From: Mobula hypostoma
Lineage: Eukaryota
Assembly (NCBI RefSeq): GCF_963921235.1
Contig: NC_086097.1
Location: 121,460,001-121,524,000 of the forward strand
Direction of reading: 5' to 3'
DNA length: 64,000 nt
The first letter of the stretch is position 1; each line of letters starts with the position of its first letter. The notes beneath the pieces were generated by a model. That model had not been told where the DNA came from. It searched no databases and saw nothing but the letters and a program-made list of their open reading frames with translations. This document shows, one piece after another, positions 62,452 through 64,000 of this stretch. A program made the position numbers and the translations under genes.

Positions 62452-63219
62452 TTATGATTGTCCATTTTATTTCATACCGTTCGAACAATTATAGTAGAAG
62501 TGTGATCAATCGAGTTATGATGTTCTTCTAAATGTTCTTTTAAGGTTTATCCCTTAATGGAGAACATTTCTGTGTGACGTTGCTCAATGTGGGGAGGCTG
62601 ATACACAGGCAGTCACCACATGTTCCTTGACAGATCGGGGTCGGGGTCCAGTGGCATGGAATGCAAGATGACAGGGAATGTAACAACTACAGTTTGTTTC
62701 AAAGTTATTCTGTGTCTACCTTTGTACACTTTGCTTTTCTTTCCTTCTTATTTAGTGAAATATAGCTTAGATACTCCTTGATAGAAAGATTTATATCCCA
62801 AGACTTTTTACTGAAGTGCAATGAATTGATAGCTTGGTATTTCATGGCTTATATCCTTGCAGTATAATACCATGTGTCAGCAGGGAAGATAGTTTAAGTG
62901 ACTCTTCTAGCGTTCATCTTCACAAGTATGAAATTAATTAGTTTGAATTCTGGGAGCAAAATAGAATGTATGAACATGCAACTTACTTTGGTTTCTTTGA
63001 GAAAGGACATTTTCAGTCTACAATGGTACAAAGTAATTCAGATCATTGCAACATACTAATGACAAGTGCAAACTTTTGAATTGTTTTCTTTCAGCTACTC
63101 CACTGCTATTTTTGACAGGTCATTATATTTGAAAATGTATCACTATTAGATGCCTTTTTAATATTGAAAATTATGCATTGTAACTAGTTTTATCCATGAA
63201 TCAATATTTAGACTCTTAA

Positions 63220-64000
63220 TCATAAGATCATAAGACCATAGGACATAGGAGCAAAATTAGGCCATTCAGCCCATTGCGTCTGTTCCGCCATTCCATCATG
63301 GCTGATTCCAGATCCCACTCAACTCCATACACCTGCCTTCTCGCCATGTCCTTTGATGCCCTGACCAATCAGGAAATAACCAACTTCCTCCTTAAATATA
63401 CCCATGGATTTGGCCTCTACTGCCGTCTGTAGTATAGCAGTCCACAAATTCACTGCTCTCTGGCTTAAAAAAAAAATCCTCCTTACCTCTTCACCAATTT
63501 GCACATTGCACATTCAGATGGAGATGTAATGTAAAGATTTTTACTCCTTGTATATGTGAAGGATGTAAGAAATAAAGTCAATTCAATTCAATTCAAAAAG
63601 GTCTCCCCTCAATTTTGAGGCTGTTCCCTTTAGCTCTGGAAACCCCACCATAGAAAGCATCCTCTCCACGTCCACCCTATCTGGTCCTTTCAACATTTGG
63701 AAGGTTTCAATGAGATCCCACCGCATTCTTCTAAATTCCAGTCAGTACAGGCTCAAAGCTGCCAAATGCTCCTCATATGTTAACCCCTTCATTCCCAGAA
63801 TTATCCTTGTTAGCCAAAGACAACAAATCCTTTTAGAGATATGGGGCCCACAACTGTTGACAATACTCCAAGTGCGGCCTGACTAGTGACTGATAAAGGC
63901 TCAGATTATCTTCTTGCTGTTATATTCTATTCCCCTTGAAATAAATAGCAACATTGCATTTGCCTTCTTTACCACTGACTCAACCTCTAAATTAACCTTC
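63220..64000 (-). mobile_element. CR1 LINE 3' part, interrupted by a short LINE tail (about 63494-63596, +)
   Basis: ORF 63319..63513(-) SQRAVNLW..AVEA..GIFK; caatactccaagtgcggcctgactag is the reverse complement of LVRPHLEYC; insert ends aataaagtc(aattc)3. Confidence 0.85.

Noticed and set aside
62690..63130. Candidate acceptors (tttag at 62755, ttcag at 63094) for the next RTTN exon
   Set aside because: Phase 1 translations hit a stop or show no resemblance to the expected rotatin continuation; the next exon probably lies beyond the window.

Overview
AT-rich, repeat-dense vertebrate genomic DNA. The repeat spectrum (V-SINE, DeuSINE-like, CR1 with SGNH ORF1, Rex/Babar, Penelope) suggests a cartilaginous fish, probably a ray; this is an inference. 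The window covers the interior of one + strand gene, rotatin (RTTN): 14 consecutive GT-AG coding exons (2976-59953, 1956 nt) that I spliced by hand into a single open frame, with both gene ends outside the window. The introns hold Tc1, Tigger-like and hAT DNA elements, CR1, Rex/Babar, L1 and RTE LINE pieces, several SINE families, a broken Gypsy LTR element and Penelope-like (GIY-YIG) elements. Most notable: (1) five short fold-back (hairpin) Penelope-derived insertions with 13-18 bp target duplications. The youngest (62224-62451) has 88-bp arms and a minimal hammerhead ribozyme on each strand, one is nested in another, and one is accompanied by an inversion of its target DNA. (2) An exact 36-bp copy of an RTTN exon end plus its splice donor patched into an L1 fragment 1.7 kb downstream. 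All family and gene assignments are from motif recognition, not database searches.
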